Below the pieces are notes generated by a model. The model worked only from the letters and a program-made list of their open reading frames with translations, did no database searches and was not told where the DNA came from. From positions 9,674,001 to 9,738,000 of the forward strand of contig NC_058383.1 in NCBI RefSeq assembly GCF_018350175.1: a DNA stretch of 64,000 nucleotides, written 5' to 3'. Shown piece after piece: positions 1 through 11,640 of this stretch. Origin of the DNA: Felis catus (lineage: Eukaryota). Within the stretch, counting starts at the first letter, position 1. Each line of letters opens with the position of its first letter. The position numbers and the translations under genes were made by a program.

Positions 1-560
1 TTGATCATGTAACGTAAATCCTTGACATGTGTTCTTTTCCTTTCAGAGTTGTTTTAGATATTCTAGGTCCTTTACCTTTCTATAAAAATTTTTAGAATCA
101 TTGTTAACAGTTTTTACAAAAAGCTTGCTGGAAATTTGATCAGAACTGCATTGAATCTACAGATTCAATCCACAGAAGAACTGGCATCTTAACGAAGTCG
201 AAGTTTAGGTCCATGGACATGGTATATCACTTCATTACCCAAGTCTTTGCTTTTTCTCAGCAGTGTTTTATAGTTTCCAGTGTACATGTCTTTCATATCT
301 TTTGTCAAATTTATCCTTAAGTAATCTCTATGCCCCACATGGGGCTCCAACTCACAACCCCGAGATCAAGAGTCACATGCTCCACCAACTGAGCCAACCA
401 GGTGCCCCTAGGTACTTCCTATTTTCGATACCACTGTATCCGGTACCATTTTTAAATTTCAATTTCTGATTGTTAATTGCCGATGTACAGAAAAAACAAC
501 TGAATTTTGTATATTGGCTCTGATTCTTGCAGCCTTGCTAAACTTACCTATTCACTCAAC
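1..560 (-). mobile_element. Old L1 ORF2 fragment
   Basis: Antisense L1-like text (ttgttttagatattctaggtcctt..., gcattgaatctacagat); interrupted by a short SINE. Confidence 0.7.
317..408 (-). mobile_element. Short Can-SINE (tRNA-Lys-like head only)
   Basis: Reverse complement reads ggggcacctggttggctcagttggtggagcatgtgactcttgatctc...agattacttaa. Confidence 0.85.
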
Positions 561-737
561 AAGAAGACAGCCTCCCAAATTTAAGGAGAAACATGATATT
601 TGCATAGCCTCAAAGTATCTCCCCCAAATGTGGATCAATTACAAAGGGAAAAATAGTAACTTTACAGTGGAGAAGCATGGTAGATAACACCTTAACCAAG
701 TGATTGAGATGAACAAAGTCAGTAATAAGACATATCA

Positions 738-949
738 GGGGCACCTGGGTGACTCAGTCGGCTAAGCGTCCAACTTTGGCTCAGGTCATCTCATGGTTCA
801 TGGGTTTGAGCCCTGTGTTGGCCTTTGTGCTGACAGCTCAGAGCCTGCTTCGGATTCTGCGTCTCCCTCTCTCTCTGCCCCTCCCCGGCTCGCGCTCTGT
901 GTCTCTCTCTTTCAAAAATAAATAAACATTAAAATTTTTTTTAAAAAGG
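738..949 (+). mobile_element. Can-SINE (SINEC)
   Basis: tRNA head, CT tract, A tail; TSD TAAGACATATCA at 726-737 and 950-961. Confidence 0.95.
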
Positions 950-1039
950 TAAGACATATCAACAGTATGTACCCCTGATAGAATGTGCTGAGAAGGGCAC
1001 ATCACCTCTGAGGGGTATTTTTTTTAAACACTTCTAAAA

Positions 1040-1230
1040 ATGTTTTTATTTATTTTTGAGAGCAAGAGAGCATGAGCAAGGGAGGGGCAGAGAGAGAAGG
1101 GGACAGAGGATCCGAAGCAGGCTCCATACTGTCAACACAGAGCCAGATGTGGGGCTCCAGTTCATGAACCATGAGGTCATGACCTGAGCCAAAGTCGGAC
1201 ACGTAACCGACTGAGCCACCCAGACACCCC
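1040..1230 (-). mobile_element. Can-SINE (SINEC)
   Basis: Antisense consensus ending ctgagccacccagacacccc. Confidence 0.92.
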
Positions 1231-1674
1231 GGCCTCTGGAAATTCATAACATCAATCAAATCATGAGAAAATGTCAGGTAAGCCCAGATTGAGGGGGAGC
1301 CTACACAATATCAGGTCAGTACTATTCAAAAATGTTAGATTCATAAAGCACAAGAAAAGACTGAGGAGTTGTCACAGGCTGGAGGAGGCTAAGGAAACAT
1401 AAAAATTAAAGACAATAGAAAATCCTAGATGGATCCTAGAGCAGAATAAGGACATTAGTAGGTGGTGAAATCCAAATAAAGTCTGCAATTTAATTAGTAG
1501 TATTGTAGCAATGCTAATTTCTTAGTTTTATTAATTATACCATGGTTATGTAAGACATTAGCATCAAGCTGTGTAGGGTGCTAGGTGGAGGGTATGTGGA
1601 CACTCCCTATATTCCCTTGCAAAGTTTTTCTAAATCTATTCTTATTTCAATAAAAAGTGTTTGTTTTTTTTTTA

Positions 1675-2480
1675 ATGGGCAAAAGATTTAAACAATCACC
1701 TTACCAGGAAGAATATACAGATGTCAAATAAGTGTCTGAAGAGACACTTAACTTCATTAGTTATTGGGGAAATGCAAATTTAAACACCAGTGAGATACCA
1801 CCGCATGCATGGCTAAAATTAAAAACACGGACCATATCAAGTGTTGACAAGGATGTGAAGCGACCAGGACTCTCGCACACTGATGGTGGGAATGTAAAGT
1901 GTTACAAGCATTTTGGGAAATGATGAGGCAGTTTCTTAAAAAGGTAAACATACATCTACCATACAACCCAGACATAACAATCCGAAGTATTTACCTAGGA
2001 GAAAAGAAAGCAAATGTTCATACAAAGACTTGTACATGACTGCTCATAGCAGCTTTTTTTTTTTTTTCATTTTTTTGGTAATAGTCAAAAACTAGAAAGG
2101 ATCCAAATTTCCATCAGGAGATTACTGGATAAACAAATTATGGACTATTTGTACACTGGAATAATACTCAGCAATAAAAAGGAGCAAACTATTGATACAT
2201 GTAATAACATATTAACTATTCTTAGTGAAAAAAAACCAGAAAGAATACATCTTGTATGATTCCATTTAATTAAAATTCTAGAAAATGCAGTTGATTTTTA
2301 GTGGCAGAAAGCAGATCAGCAATTGCTTAGACACAGGATTTTGGGAGGAGGTAGGGATGAATTACAAAGGGACCTGAGGAAATCCTTGGGCTTGATAGAT
2401 ACATTCCCTGTCTTGATTGTGGTGATGGTTTCATGTATCAAAACTCATCAAATTGTAGGTCTTAAATATATACAGTTAAA
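1675..2480 (+). mobile_element. Old L1 (L1ME/L1MC-like) 3' region
   Basis: aatgggcaaaagattt..., ggaaatgcaaatttaaacacc, gtatgattccattt..., gaaagcagatcagc are L1 ORF2 end / 3' UTR motifs. Confidence 0.8.
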
Positions 2481-2484
2481 AACA

Positions 2485-2737
2485 TTTTTAATAGTTTTTA
2501 TTTATTTTTTATTTTTTTAACGTTTATTTTTATTTGAGAGTCAGAGAGAGAGACAGAGACAAAATGTGAGCAGGGGAGGGGCAGAGAGAGAAAGAAAGGG
2601 AGACACAGAATCTGAAGCAGGCTCCCGGCTCTAAGCTGTCAGCACAGAGCCCCATGCAGGGCTTAAATTCATAAACTGTGAGATCATGACCTGAGCTGAC
2701 GTCAGACACTTAAGTGACTGATCCACCCAGTTGCCCC
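2485..2737 (-). mobile_element. Can-SINE (SINEC)
   Basis: Antisense consensus; degenerate TSD taaatatat(a/g)ca. Confidence 0.92.
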
Positions 2738-2782
2738 TAAATATATGCAATTTAATGTATCTAATTATGTCTTTTTTAATAA

Positions 2783-2803
2783 AAATTTTAAAAGTTTATT
2801 TAT

Positions 2804-2840
<37 letters not shown>

Positions 2841-2994
2841 ACAAGCAGGGGAAGGGCAGAGAGACAATCCCAAGCAGGCTTCATGCTGTCAGCGCAAAGC
2901 CTGACACAGGGCTCCAACTCACGAACCATAAGCTCATGACCTGAGCCGAAATCAAGAGTCAGACGCTCAACCCACTGAGCCACTCAGGCACCCC
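2783..2994 (-). mobile_element. Can-SINE (SINEC) with (GA)n tract
   Basis: Antisense consensus ending cactcaggcacccc. Confidence 0.92.
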
Positions 2995-3238
2995 ATATGT
3001 TAATCATATCTTATTAAAATTATTAAAACGTGTATTTGGGCTCCAGGAACTGGTAGGAATAATGTGGCCAGCTATTATATCCTCATACCAGATACTAAAT
3101 CAGATCCAAACTAGGTGTGGGGAGGGACCAATTTCACCTGTTATGGAGAGACAGGTAATAAGACACTTATCCCCCTGTGGCTTTCCCAGAGATTAGGTTT
3201 CCATGTCCAGAAACCAGGAATCTCCAGAAGGTATAATA

Positions 3239-3857
3239 CAGTGGTCCCCCCTTATCCACAGAGGATAGTTCCAAGGTCCCCAGTGGATGCCTAAAACCAC
3301 CAGTAGTTATGAACCCTATAGATACTATGTTTTTCCTATACCTACATGTCTATGATACAGTTTAGTTTATAAATTAGGCCTAGTAACAGATTAACAACAG
3401 TCAAACTAGCACTAGAATTTCTTTTTCCTTCTTTAGTTTCACAGATACATACAGGATGCGTTCTTACTGTAGATCTTCGCAATTTCAGCATACAATTTTT
3501 ATCTTTCCTTAGAAGAGAACTTCCACCTTCACAGCTACTCTTTGGCATATCCAATTACTAGCATCACTGCTCTTGTGCTCTGGGGCCATTATTAAGTAAA
3601 ATAAGGGTTATTTGAACACAACCACTGTGACAGTGACTAATAGGCGGGTACCGAATACGGCATGGATCCGCTGGACAAAACGATGAATCACATCCTGGAC
3701 AAGACGGAGCGGGACACGCGAGATTCCATCACTACTCAGAATGGTGCGCAATTTCAATGTTACAAATTGTTTATTTCTGGAATTTTCCATTTAATATTTC
3801 GGATCGTGGGAACTGAGACCACGGAAAGTGAAAATGCGGATCAGGGAAGACTGCCAT
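3239..3857 (-). mobile_element. MER44 (Tigger7-derived) non-autonomous DNA transposon
   Basis: TA then terminal cagtggtccccccttatcc at 3239; degenerate inverted end gcggatcagggaagactg near 3836-3853; internal text matches recalled MER44. Confidence 0.85.
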
Positions 3858-6260
3858 ACAAATGGCTCTTATATTCATATATTCAGCTGGTAAGAGCTGA
3901 AAGAAGCCAGCAGGGTCCTGCAGTTTACATCCTGGGGGAGGGCTTCCCTCAATCCTTGGCAAAGAGAAATCCTTATTTTTAACTCTAAGTTTCAGACGAA
4001 GGTTAACTCGCCTGAGTCTTTCTCCACAGGGTGCCTCCAAACCACAAATTCCTGATTCCTACTCTGGTTTATCCTAATAAGAAGTAGGTTGAGCCCTTAA
4101 TCCCCGTTTAAAGGGCCCTTGTTTATCGAAGCAGTAAACTCTGGGCAAAGGGTCATAAATCACTCTAGCTGGATCCAGAGCGTGAGGCGGGTGCGGGCTA
4201 AGAATGGGCACGCAGAGGTTACATTAACTGTCAATCTTGTCTGTTTTCCTGGTAGCCATACTCCTGGGAGCCCCTGTGCTGGGCCAGATCCAGCCTTGAA
4301 TCTTCTCCACTCTGCTCCGTATGTAGAAGGAGGGGCGGAGGCAGTAGCGATGCATCCTCCCTGCCCCCTACCCCTCTTCTCTGCTAGGCTTGGCCAGTGG
4401 AAGGCGCCAGTAGTAAATCAGAGATAGGAGAGCTAGAGACTAGTGTCTCCCAATGATTGTTTTTTTTTTTTACGTGAGGCCACAGCTCTGGTCAGATGCC
4501 TCCCTTCCCAAGACTGGAGCCCCCAGTTGGTTGGGGTACAGCTCCCTTGCCCATGTCCCTTTAGGTCTAAGGCTGATAACAGCTTCCCACTGTTCTAATC
4601 CCTGGGTTCTTCATCCTCCCTGGTTGATCCTCAGCTTCTAGCGCACACCTTTGTATGTGTTCCTTCTTCAATTCAATTAGCCCTTCCAGTGTGTAATCCC
4701 TTCCCCACCGCAGCTCTGACCCAGACGTCTTCACAGCCCCCAAACACGGCCCTCATCTACTGTCTTTACATCCCCAGAGCCCACGGTTTGCTGATACACC
4801 TCCCTCAGGTCCTCCCACCTTGGCCTTGGCTCCCCTTCTGTTTCTCTGATTCTTTCTCCCCAGGTTCCTGTGTTTCCACCCATCACCGGCCCTTTGGCCT
4901 GTGCTGACATTGCTCTGCCCAGAATTGAAGACATTGGCCTCTTCTTCAGCCAGCGCTCACACTGTGCATTTGATATCCTCTGCCTTCCCAGACACAAAGC
5001 CTTGAAAACTAGGCGACAGCTCACTTCTGCCTCAGAGAAACCCAAAGGGAGCCACTACCCCCCAAAAGGTGAAACCAGTGTGTTATGCAAATATAGCCTC
5101 AAGGCAATTACCCCTGCATCTCATGGCCACCCTGAAATCCCTCCTTATAGGGGGATTCTGGCCCCACCACTGCCTCCTCCCTCTCCCCACTCCAGGCATC
5201 CAAGCATATCCTTAAAACATCCCACAGGACATTCCTCATTCCTTTGTAGGCCCTCAATGTCTCTCACCTACTGCTGGAGTCTCTCTGTTGGTTCCCTCCC
5301 TTCCTCCTCGCCCCCATAATCTGGTCCACACAATACCAGTCCCCGAAAGCACAGGTCTGAGCAAAAGCCTTCCCTAGTGCCTGTAAAGGCCCACCCCCTC
5401 ATTCACTTCTCTATTGAATGTGTGAATTTTTATCAAAAGCTCTTAGTTAAAAAAAAATTAATACTTTCCGTCACCTCCAGTTTTAAAACATTTGTCTTTA
5501 AAACATCAACATTAGCATTTAATGGGAAACTTCTTTCTTCGGCAACTCCGCTAACGATCACGCTTCCCTCTGCCTCTCGGCACCCTGGCTGACACCGAAC
5601 AGGATGGGAGGGGTGGCCCCGGGCCGCATATAAACACAAACAGAAGCAGGGGTTTCTACCAACAAGTTTGTTCTGGCCGGCTCCAGACCCGGAGAGGTTT
5701 GGATAGGTGTCCCACTGTCCCACCCAGCGCCCTCGGGTCGGCGATCGGCGATCGTTACAAAGGGGATGGGCAGGGCTGCAGGGCAGGGTCAGGACGCGGG
5801 AGCAAGCAGAGGGAGCAGGGTGGGGGCCGCCACTCCGGCCGCCAGGTCTGGCCAACGCTGGCCCTTCCAGCGGGGACCTGGCCTGGGGCAGCGCTTCCCC
5901 GGGCTGCGGCCGCCGAGCCCGTCCATCCCGCGCTCTCCCGTCCCGCCCGAGCGGCGTAAACAAGGCTATTCCCAGGCGGCCTGGATTCCCTGCGGGAGGC
6001 CCGGCGCTCCCGCCCGCGTGACCCCCGCCCACCACGCCGGGAACCTGGCAGCGCCCGCCGCCGAGGAGAGCGCGGCTCGCGGGGAACAGGCGGGGAAAGC
6101 GGCGCGCCGGGCGTCGGGGGAGGGGCGGGCGAGGGCAGGTCAGGGCAGCCCCGGCCCGGGCCCCGCCCCCCGCCCCGCCCCCTCCGGGGGCGGCTGGAAC
6201 CGGTGACGGACAGGCGTCCGGGCCGGTCACGGCGCGCCTCGCGGTCCGGAGAGCCCCAGA

Positions 6261-6415
6261 GGGGCGGGGCGCGCGGTGGGGCTCCAGAGGGGGCGGGGGC
6301 GGGCGGGGAAGCCTCTGGGTGGGGCGGGGCCGCGGGAGAGTAGCAGCGCTCCCAGCCAATAGGAGGCGGAAGCCGTCCCGTTAGCGCCGGATCCCAGCGG
6401 GTAGGGCGGGGCGGG
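6261..6415 (+). promoter_or_regulatory. Proximal promoter: GC boxes (Sp/KLF), CCAAT box (NF-Y), ETS-like site
   Basis: GGGGCGGGGC at 6261-6270 and 6321-6330, more GC boxes at 6289-6308 and 6404-6415; AGCCAATAGG with CCAAT at 6356-6360; CGGAAG at 6367-6372. Confidence 0.75.
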
Positions 6416-6473
6416 CGGCGCCGTGGGGATCCCGGGGCGGCCGAGGGCCCCTGACTCGGCTCCGCGCGGCGAC

Positions 6474-6593
6474 ATGGACCGGATGGCTAGCTCCATGAAG
6501 CAGGTGCCCAACCCGCTGCCCAAGGTGCTGAGCCGGCGCGGGGTGGGCGCGGGGATCGAGGCGGCCGAACGGGAGAGCTTCGAGCGGACTCAG
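6474..6593 (+). CDS. HIP1: Huntingtin-interacting protein 1, coding part of exon 1 (40 codons, phase-0 donor)
   Basis: Translates MDRMASSMKQVPNPLPKVLSRRGVGAGIEAAERESFERTQ, matching the recalled mammalian HIP1 N-terminus; ATG in gacATGg context; ends at CAG|GTGAGG (6593/6594); inside a CpG island. Confidence 0.96.
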
Positions 6594-8619
6594 GTGAGGA
6601 CCGGGGGACCCCGGGGCATGCGTGGCTCGGGCATCCCGAGAGACGCAGTGCCCGGGAGGGGCTTTGAAGGGGGCAGAGGTCTTCAGGCCCAGGGAGGACG
6701 GGGCAAGGGGGCCGCGAGACGGAGCATCTGGGTGCTCAGGTCGAGGCGATCCTGGGGAGGTCGGGGACCCGGAGGCATCCCAGCTGGCCTGGGGAGAAGG
6801 GCAGGGCGGCTCCGAGGAGCTGGCACGACCCGTGGGGCAGGGCAGGGGTCACAGGGACGGTGAGAGCCGAGGGAACGGAAGAAGGACCGAATGGAAGGGG
6901 TGCCCTCTCAGCAGGGGAAGCGCATTGGGGGGCCACTCAAGTGTGGCGGCGGAGAGCGGAGCGCTGGACTGGGATGAGAAGCGGGGAGCCCTTTCCTCCC
7001 CTCTCCATCGCTTCTGGGTTGCACTGACATTCCCCCCCACCCCCACCCCCAGCACCCCCTTCCTAGTGCCTCTTGCTTGGCTCACGCCACCCCCAGCTGT
7101 CGGCCTCCGAGGGCCAGGCTGCAGGGGTCTGAGCGGCGAGAAGGAATGTAGGAAATGCGACGTGTGGCCGAGCTTGGAAAATGGGGGCTGGAGGAGAGGG
7201 CCGGCCAGGGGCCAGGGGCCAGGGGCCGGCCTTTGGCCGGACAGCCCGCTGCTGGTCAGGATGAGCTGCCCAGTGATGCCCAGAGCCCTGACTTGGGATT
7301 TTGGTTTCATCCCCCAAGATGTGCCTGACAGCTAATAGGCAGACTGCCCTATTTGTCCAGCCTGAGCAGGGCTGGGGGCCAAAATTCCCCAGTGTCATCA
7401 ACAAAAAGCCACAATCCATTTCTACCTCGGAGTTTGAATGCCTGGTGTATTGATTTGACTGAATAAAGCGGACATGTTTCTGGTGTTCATCAACTCGTTT
7501 GTATGCAAAATCCATTTCAAAGGGCACAGCACTTCTTTTAATCCCGGTGCCAAAGTTGTATGGGCAGATTTGTGCTTCACTCTCGCGCTCAGGGTAGAAC
7601 CTTTGAAGATCCAGCTGGGCCTCCACAGCCAGAGGCTGGTTCCCCTGCTGTGTTCTGCCTCACCCCCACTGCCAAACACAGTACAATGTGAAGGAAGGCC
7701 TTTGGGGTTTTAGATAGAAAGATTGTGAGGACCTGACTGTGTATTCTGTGTATGGAAGCTTGCAAAGAAGAAAGCTTTTCACCCCCCCCTGGGAACTTCA
7801 TCTTCTCTTTCCAGTTGCCTCTGGCCCTTTGCACGTGTGTCTGGGTGGCGTAAAGTAGGGAGTGTCCCCTCCCTGGGTCATCCTACCCCAGGCGTGATGG
7901 GAGAGATGGCAGTTCCCTGCTGCCTCCCAGGGACCAGCTGGGTTTGGGTTTCTGGCTCTGTGGACTGGCCCCCTTGGAAGGAAACAATCTTTCCGTCTGC
8001 TTGTCCACTGTGTGTGTTCCTGCCTCAACGAGCTGCCTGATCCTGAGGCTTCTTGCTCCAGGAAGCAGTGTGAATAGTCTCCTTTTTTTTTTAACGGGAA
8101 AGGAAAAGAAATAGGTGTTCTTTTATGATAACCCCTTCCGTCTGGAGTCTCAAATCAGTAAACACTGGAGCACTAGAGGAAGACATGTAAAACTTTGACC
8201 CATTATAGTGATGGAAATTAGATTTGCAAAAGCTTCCTTCTACCCAGGACTGGCATGTCCCCTCGCTATCCAGGGACCACCCAACAAAGGAGACTCTAGG
8301 TCAATGTTCGCAGGTTTTTTATAGGTGGAACCCTTGCGATTGGCCACACCTGACCGAGTGCCTTGTTTTGGGGGTGGGGGGGAGAGTGAGGAGGTAGGCT
8401 GGGGCAGGAAAAGAGAGTTTCTCTATTATTGAAACCGTAAAGGGGGGGGGGGGTCTGAAAGCAAAGAAAAGAGAACAGTCCTAAAACTTGGCATTAATCA
8501 ATCTGCAAAAGCTCATTTTGTTTAATGACTTCAACTGTATCCAATGTATTATGAGATACAAAAATGAGCTAGAAAACACTTTTAATGAGTTGAGAGACCA
8601 TGAGAATCAGCCAAGGTGT

Positions 8620-8825
8620 AGTGATAATTGTAGCTAATTATCGTGTTTGCCGCCGTTCTAAGTACTTTGCTGTATTGCCTTCTTTAATCTCAACAAGGAC
8701 CCATGAGGTGGGCATCAGCCCCATTTTCCATGAGGAAATTGAAGCACAGAGAGGTTAAGTCACCTGCCCAAGGTCACACAGCTGGAAGTGGTCCCAGCCT
8801 TTAACCACTGCGCTGTGTTGCCTCT
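8620..8825 (-). mobile_element. MIR
   Basis: Core gaggaaattgaagcacagagaggttaagtcacctgcccaaggtcacacagct. Confidence 0.85.
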
Positions 8826-9473
8826 GAGGCAACAGTGGCACCCAGTGCCTCTGGGTAGAACGGTGGCATTGGAGTGTAAGAGGTTTGAGTTTCATAGCCA
8901 GGCACTTGGATAGGCTATATGACCTCGGGCAGACCTTTCTAAGTTTTCCTTATTATAAAATAAAGATGATACTTACCTTACAGGTGTATTGTGGGGGTTA
9001 AATTAAATAAGAGGCGTGAAGGCATTTTTGTAAACTTTGGGACACAATTTCAGTGATTCTTGCTGTAATCTGGGGAGACCGAAGGAAGCACAAATGTTAA
9101 GTAATGGTGCAGGCTGTGATTAACTCTTCAGAAGGGGGGCAGAAGTGTTCCTAGGTAATGTGATAATTACCGAGAGCACATGCGGAAAGTACAGGCTGGC
9201 GTGGGTGTGGAGAGGGGTTGGGAGCCCTCACCAGGACCTAACCGCCATTCAGCATGAGATAGTGCTTGCTGGGTGGAGAGGAGGGGAGGTGGGCATTCTA
9301 GAAATGGGGAATGGCAAAGGACACGTCTGGAGATGAGCGCAGATGAGGCTAACTGGCCGAAAAGCAGAATTGGCCACTCCCGCCTCTCAACCCGTAGCAC
9401 CTGTTACCCTGTCCTGTCACTCTCTCTGTTGCCCTCGGTCAACTAGGAGCTTCATGAGAACAAGACTGTGTCT

Positions 9474-9676
9474 TTTTTTTTTTTTAAGTTTATTTATTTA
9501 TTTTGAGAGAGCACGCAAGCTGGGGAGGGGTACAGGGAGAGGGAGAGAGAAAGAATTCCAAGCAGGCTATGTGCCGACCGAGCCCAACTCGGGGCTCGAT
9601 CTCGTGAACCGTGAGATCATCACCTGAGCTGAAATCAAGAGTTGGACATTAACCAACTGAACCACCCAGGCGCCCC
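9474..9676 (-). mobile_element. Can-SINE (SINEC) inside an L2-like relic
   Basis: Antisense consensus; TSD ga(c/t)tgtgtctt. Confidence 0.92.
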
Positions 9677-10799
9677 ATGATTGTGTCTTGCTCTCACCTG
9701 TGTCTTCAGATGCCTGTGTTAGTGCTGAGCCAGCTGTAGGTGAGGGTAGAAAATGGTTAACGTCAGCAGGGAAGCCCTCGCCTGGGTTAAACTCAGCTGT
9801 GGGCATCAGGTGGCATCTTTAATTACTTGATGCTTTTTCCTAACAGCCCCTGAGTGCCCTCCTGGTCCTTTGTCTCCTACACCCTCAGTCAGGAGCCCTG
9901 CCCCATGCCCATGAGAGGACTGTGAATTCTCCAGCATCCCTGCCAGAGTGGGGACCCCAGACCCACCTGCCGCAGCCCCCATCTCCAACCTGATCCCTGC
10001 TGTGTCCCCCACCCAGCCCATCACAAGCACCCTTCAGGTTCTAGGGGAGTGAAAAGTGGCTCTTGCCCTCAAAAAACTTGCTGGGGTAAAGATACCTTGC
10101 CTGGAACACTTTACAGTTTATACAGCACGTTTTAGCCATCGTTGGGGGCTCTACTGTGGTTGGGTATTAAACACCCTCATCTTACGGGTGAGAGCTTGGT
10201 AACTTGCCCAGGGCCACCCGCTGGTGACTGAAAAGCAAGATTCAGATCCAGGACTCCAGGTCCCAGGCCCCTTCTACCACGCTGTCCTCATGTTGGCCAA
10301 GGAGGGCAATTCTGGAATGAACCAGGAGGGCTGGCACCCATAGACAAAATTCCCTGTCTGTATTTGCTTAGCTGGAAAATGGTTTTCTCCATGGTTTATG
10401 TTTTCACCATCCATTTAGTGAGCAGAGAGCGTGGAGGGGACACAGAGATGGGTAAGATAAAGAGACCAGCCTGGGGGAGCTCATGAGTCAGCAGAGAGGT
10501 GGACCAGCTACTGTGGGGCTCTTCTACACAGAGGACTTACAGCACCAGCATCACCTACTGAATGAGAGCTTGCATTTCAGCCAGAGCCCTGGGTAGCCCT
10601 GGGCACCCTGAAATTTGAGCACCTCTGCTCTATGGTTGGTGATTGCTAAGGTCAGAGGAGGCGTTGGGGCTCTGGAAACACAGAGCCTTTGGTCACAATC
10701 TCTTCCGGTGGAGCCCGCCACAGAGTAACAGGATCCCAACCAACCGTGAGCTGGAAAGAGCCAGGAAACTCGGGTTCTCGAGAGGAAGAGACAGAAACA

Positions 10800-10980
10800 A
10801 ATATTTATTGAGGGCCTGGTGGGCACTAGAAACATGCTGAGTGATTTATAGCCATTATTCTATTTAATAGCTCAGGCTCAGAGAGGCCAAGTGACTTGTC
10901 CAAGGTCACGCAGCGAGTAAACCGAGAAGCCAGGGTTCTGAAATCTGATGACCAAAACGTCAGGGGGTGTTTCTACCATT
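10800..10980 (-). mobile_element. MIR
   Basis: aggctcagagaggccaagtgacttgtccaaggtcacgcagc core. Confidence 0.75.
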
Positions 10981-11059
10981 TTGCTCATGATCTTCAGCTC
11001 TGGCTTTGATTCACCTGCTCAAAAATTTTGGGGTTTGAGCAGAGGGATCAGGGCTTCTT

Positions 11060-11267
11060 TTTTTTTAATTTTTTTTAATGACTATTTTTAAGAGAGACAG
11101 CGTGAGCAGGGAAGGGGCAGAGAGAGAGGGAGACACAGAATCCGAAGCAGACGCCAATCTCCCAGCTGTCAGCACAGAGCCCAACATGGGGCTCGAACCC
11201 ACCAACTGTGAGATCATGACCTGAGCCGAAGTCAGACGCTCAACCCACTGAACCACCCAGGCGCCCC
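11060..11267 (-). mobile_element. Can-SINE (SINEC)
   Basis: Perfect 18-bp TSD GAGGGATCAGGGCTTCTT at 11042-11059 and 11268-11285. Confidence 0.96.
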
Positions 11268-11434
11268 GAGGGATCAGGGCTTCTTGACTCTGGCTGCACA
11301 GGAATGGTTTCTAACATAAAAGGTGCTGTCCCCCTCCTGTCCCCTGCTTGCTCTCTTAGTTGGTATTGGAAAGGTAGAGAGGATGCTAAGAGCTTTCTTT
11401 GAACTTGTGGTTCTGTACTTTGGTTTCCTCCCAT

Positions 11435-11640
11435 TGATGATAATGAGAATAGCCAACATTTATAGCATTTGCTGTGTGCACATGGTAAAGGCCTTTATGA
11501 GCCACACCTGCTCCCAGTTCTTGGAAGGAATTTACAAATTATGATCCCTATTTTATAGATGAGGAAATCAAGGCTTAGACATGTCAGTAACCAGCCCAAG
11601 GTTCTGAAGTCAGGGTCAGAGTCGGGACCCAAACTCAGGA
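11435..11640 (-). mobile_element. MIR
   Basis: atccctattttatagatgaggaaatcaaggcttaga core. Confidence 0.75.

Larger units (their letters stand above)
590..1660 (+). mobile_element. L1MC-type 3' end, interrupted by two SINEs
   Basis: ttacaaagggaaaaatagtaactttacagtggagaa...caccttaaccaagtgat resembles L1MC 3' UTR; ends tttcaataaaaag. Confidence 0.7.
5570..6960. promoter_or_regulatory. HIP1: CpG island / HIP1 promoter
   Basis: Very GC-rich, dense CpG, free of SINEs, surrounds exon 1. Confidence 0.92.

Noticed and set aside
5433..6359. 308-aa antisense ORF over the promoter
   Set aside because: Non-ATG start, Pro/Arg/Gly/Ala-rich, no recognisable domain; expected stop-codon scarcity in a CpG island.
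6594..7335. Read-through of exon 1 to 6863 and the 237-aa ORF 6622-7335
   Set aside because: HIP1 similarity ends exactly at the GT donor; the rest is GC-rich intron.
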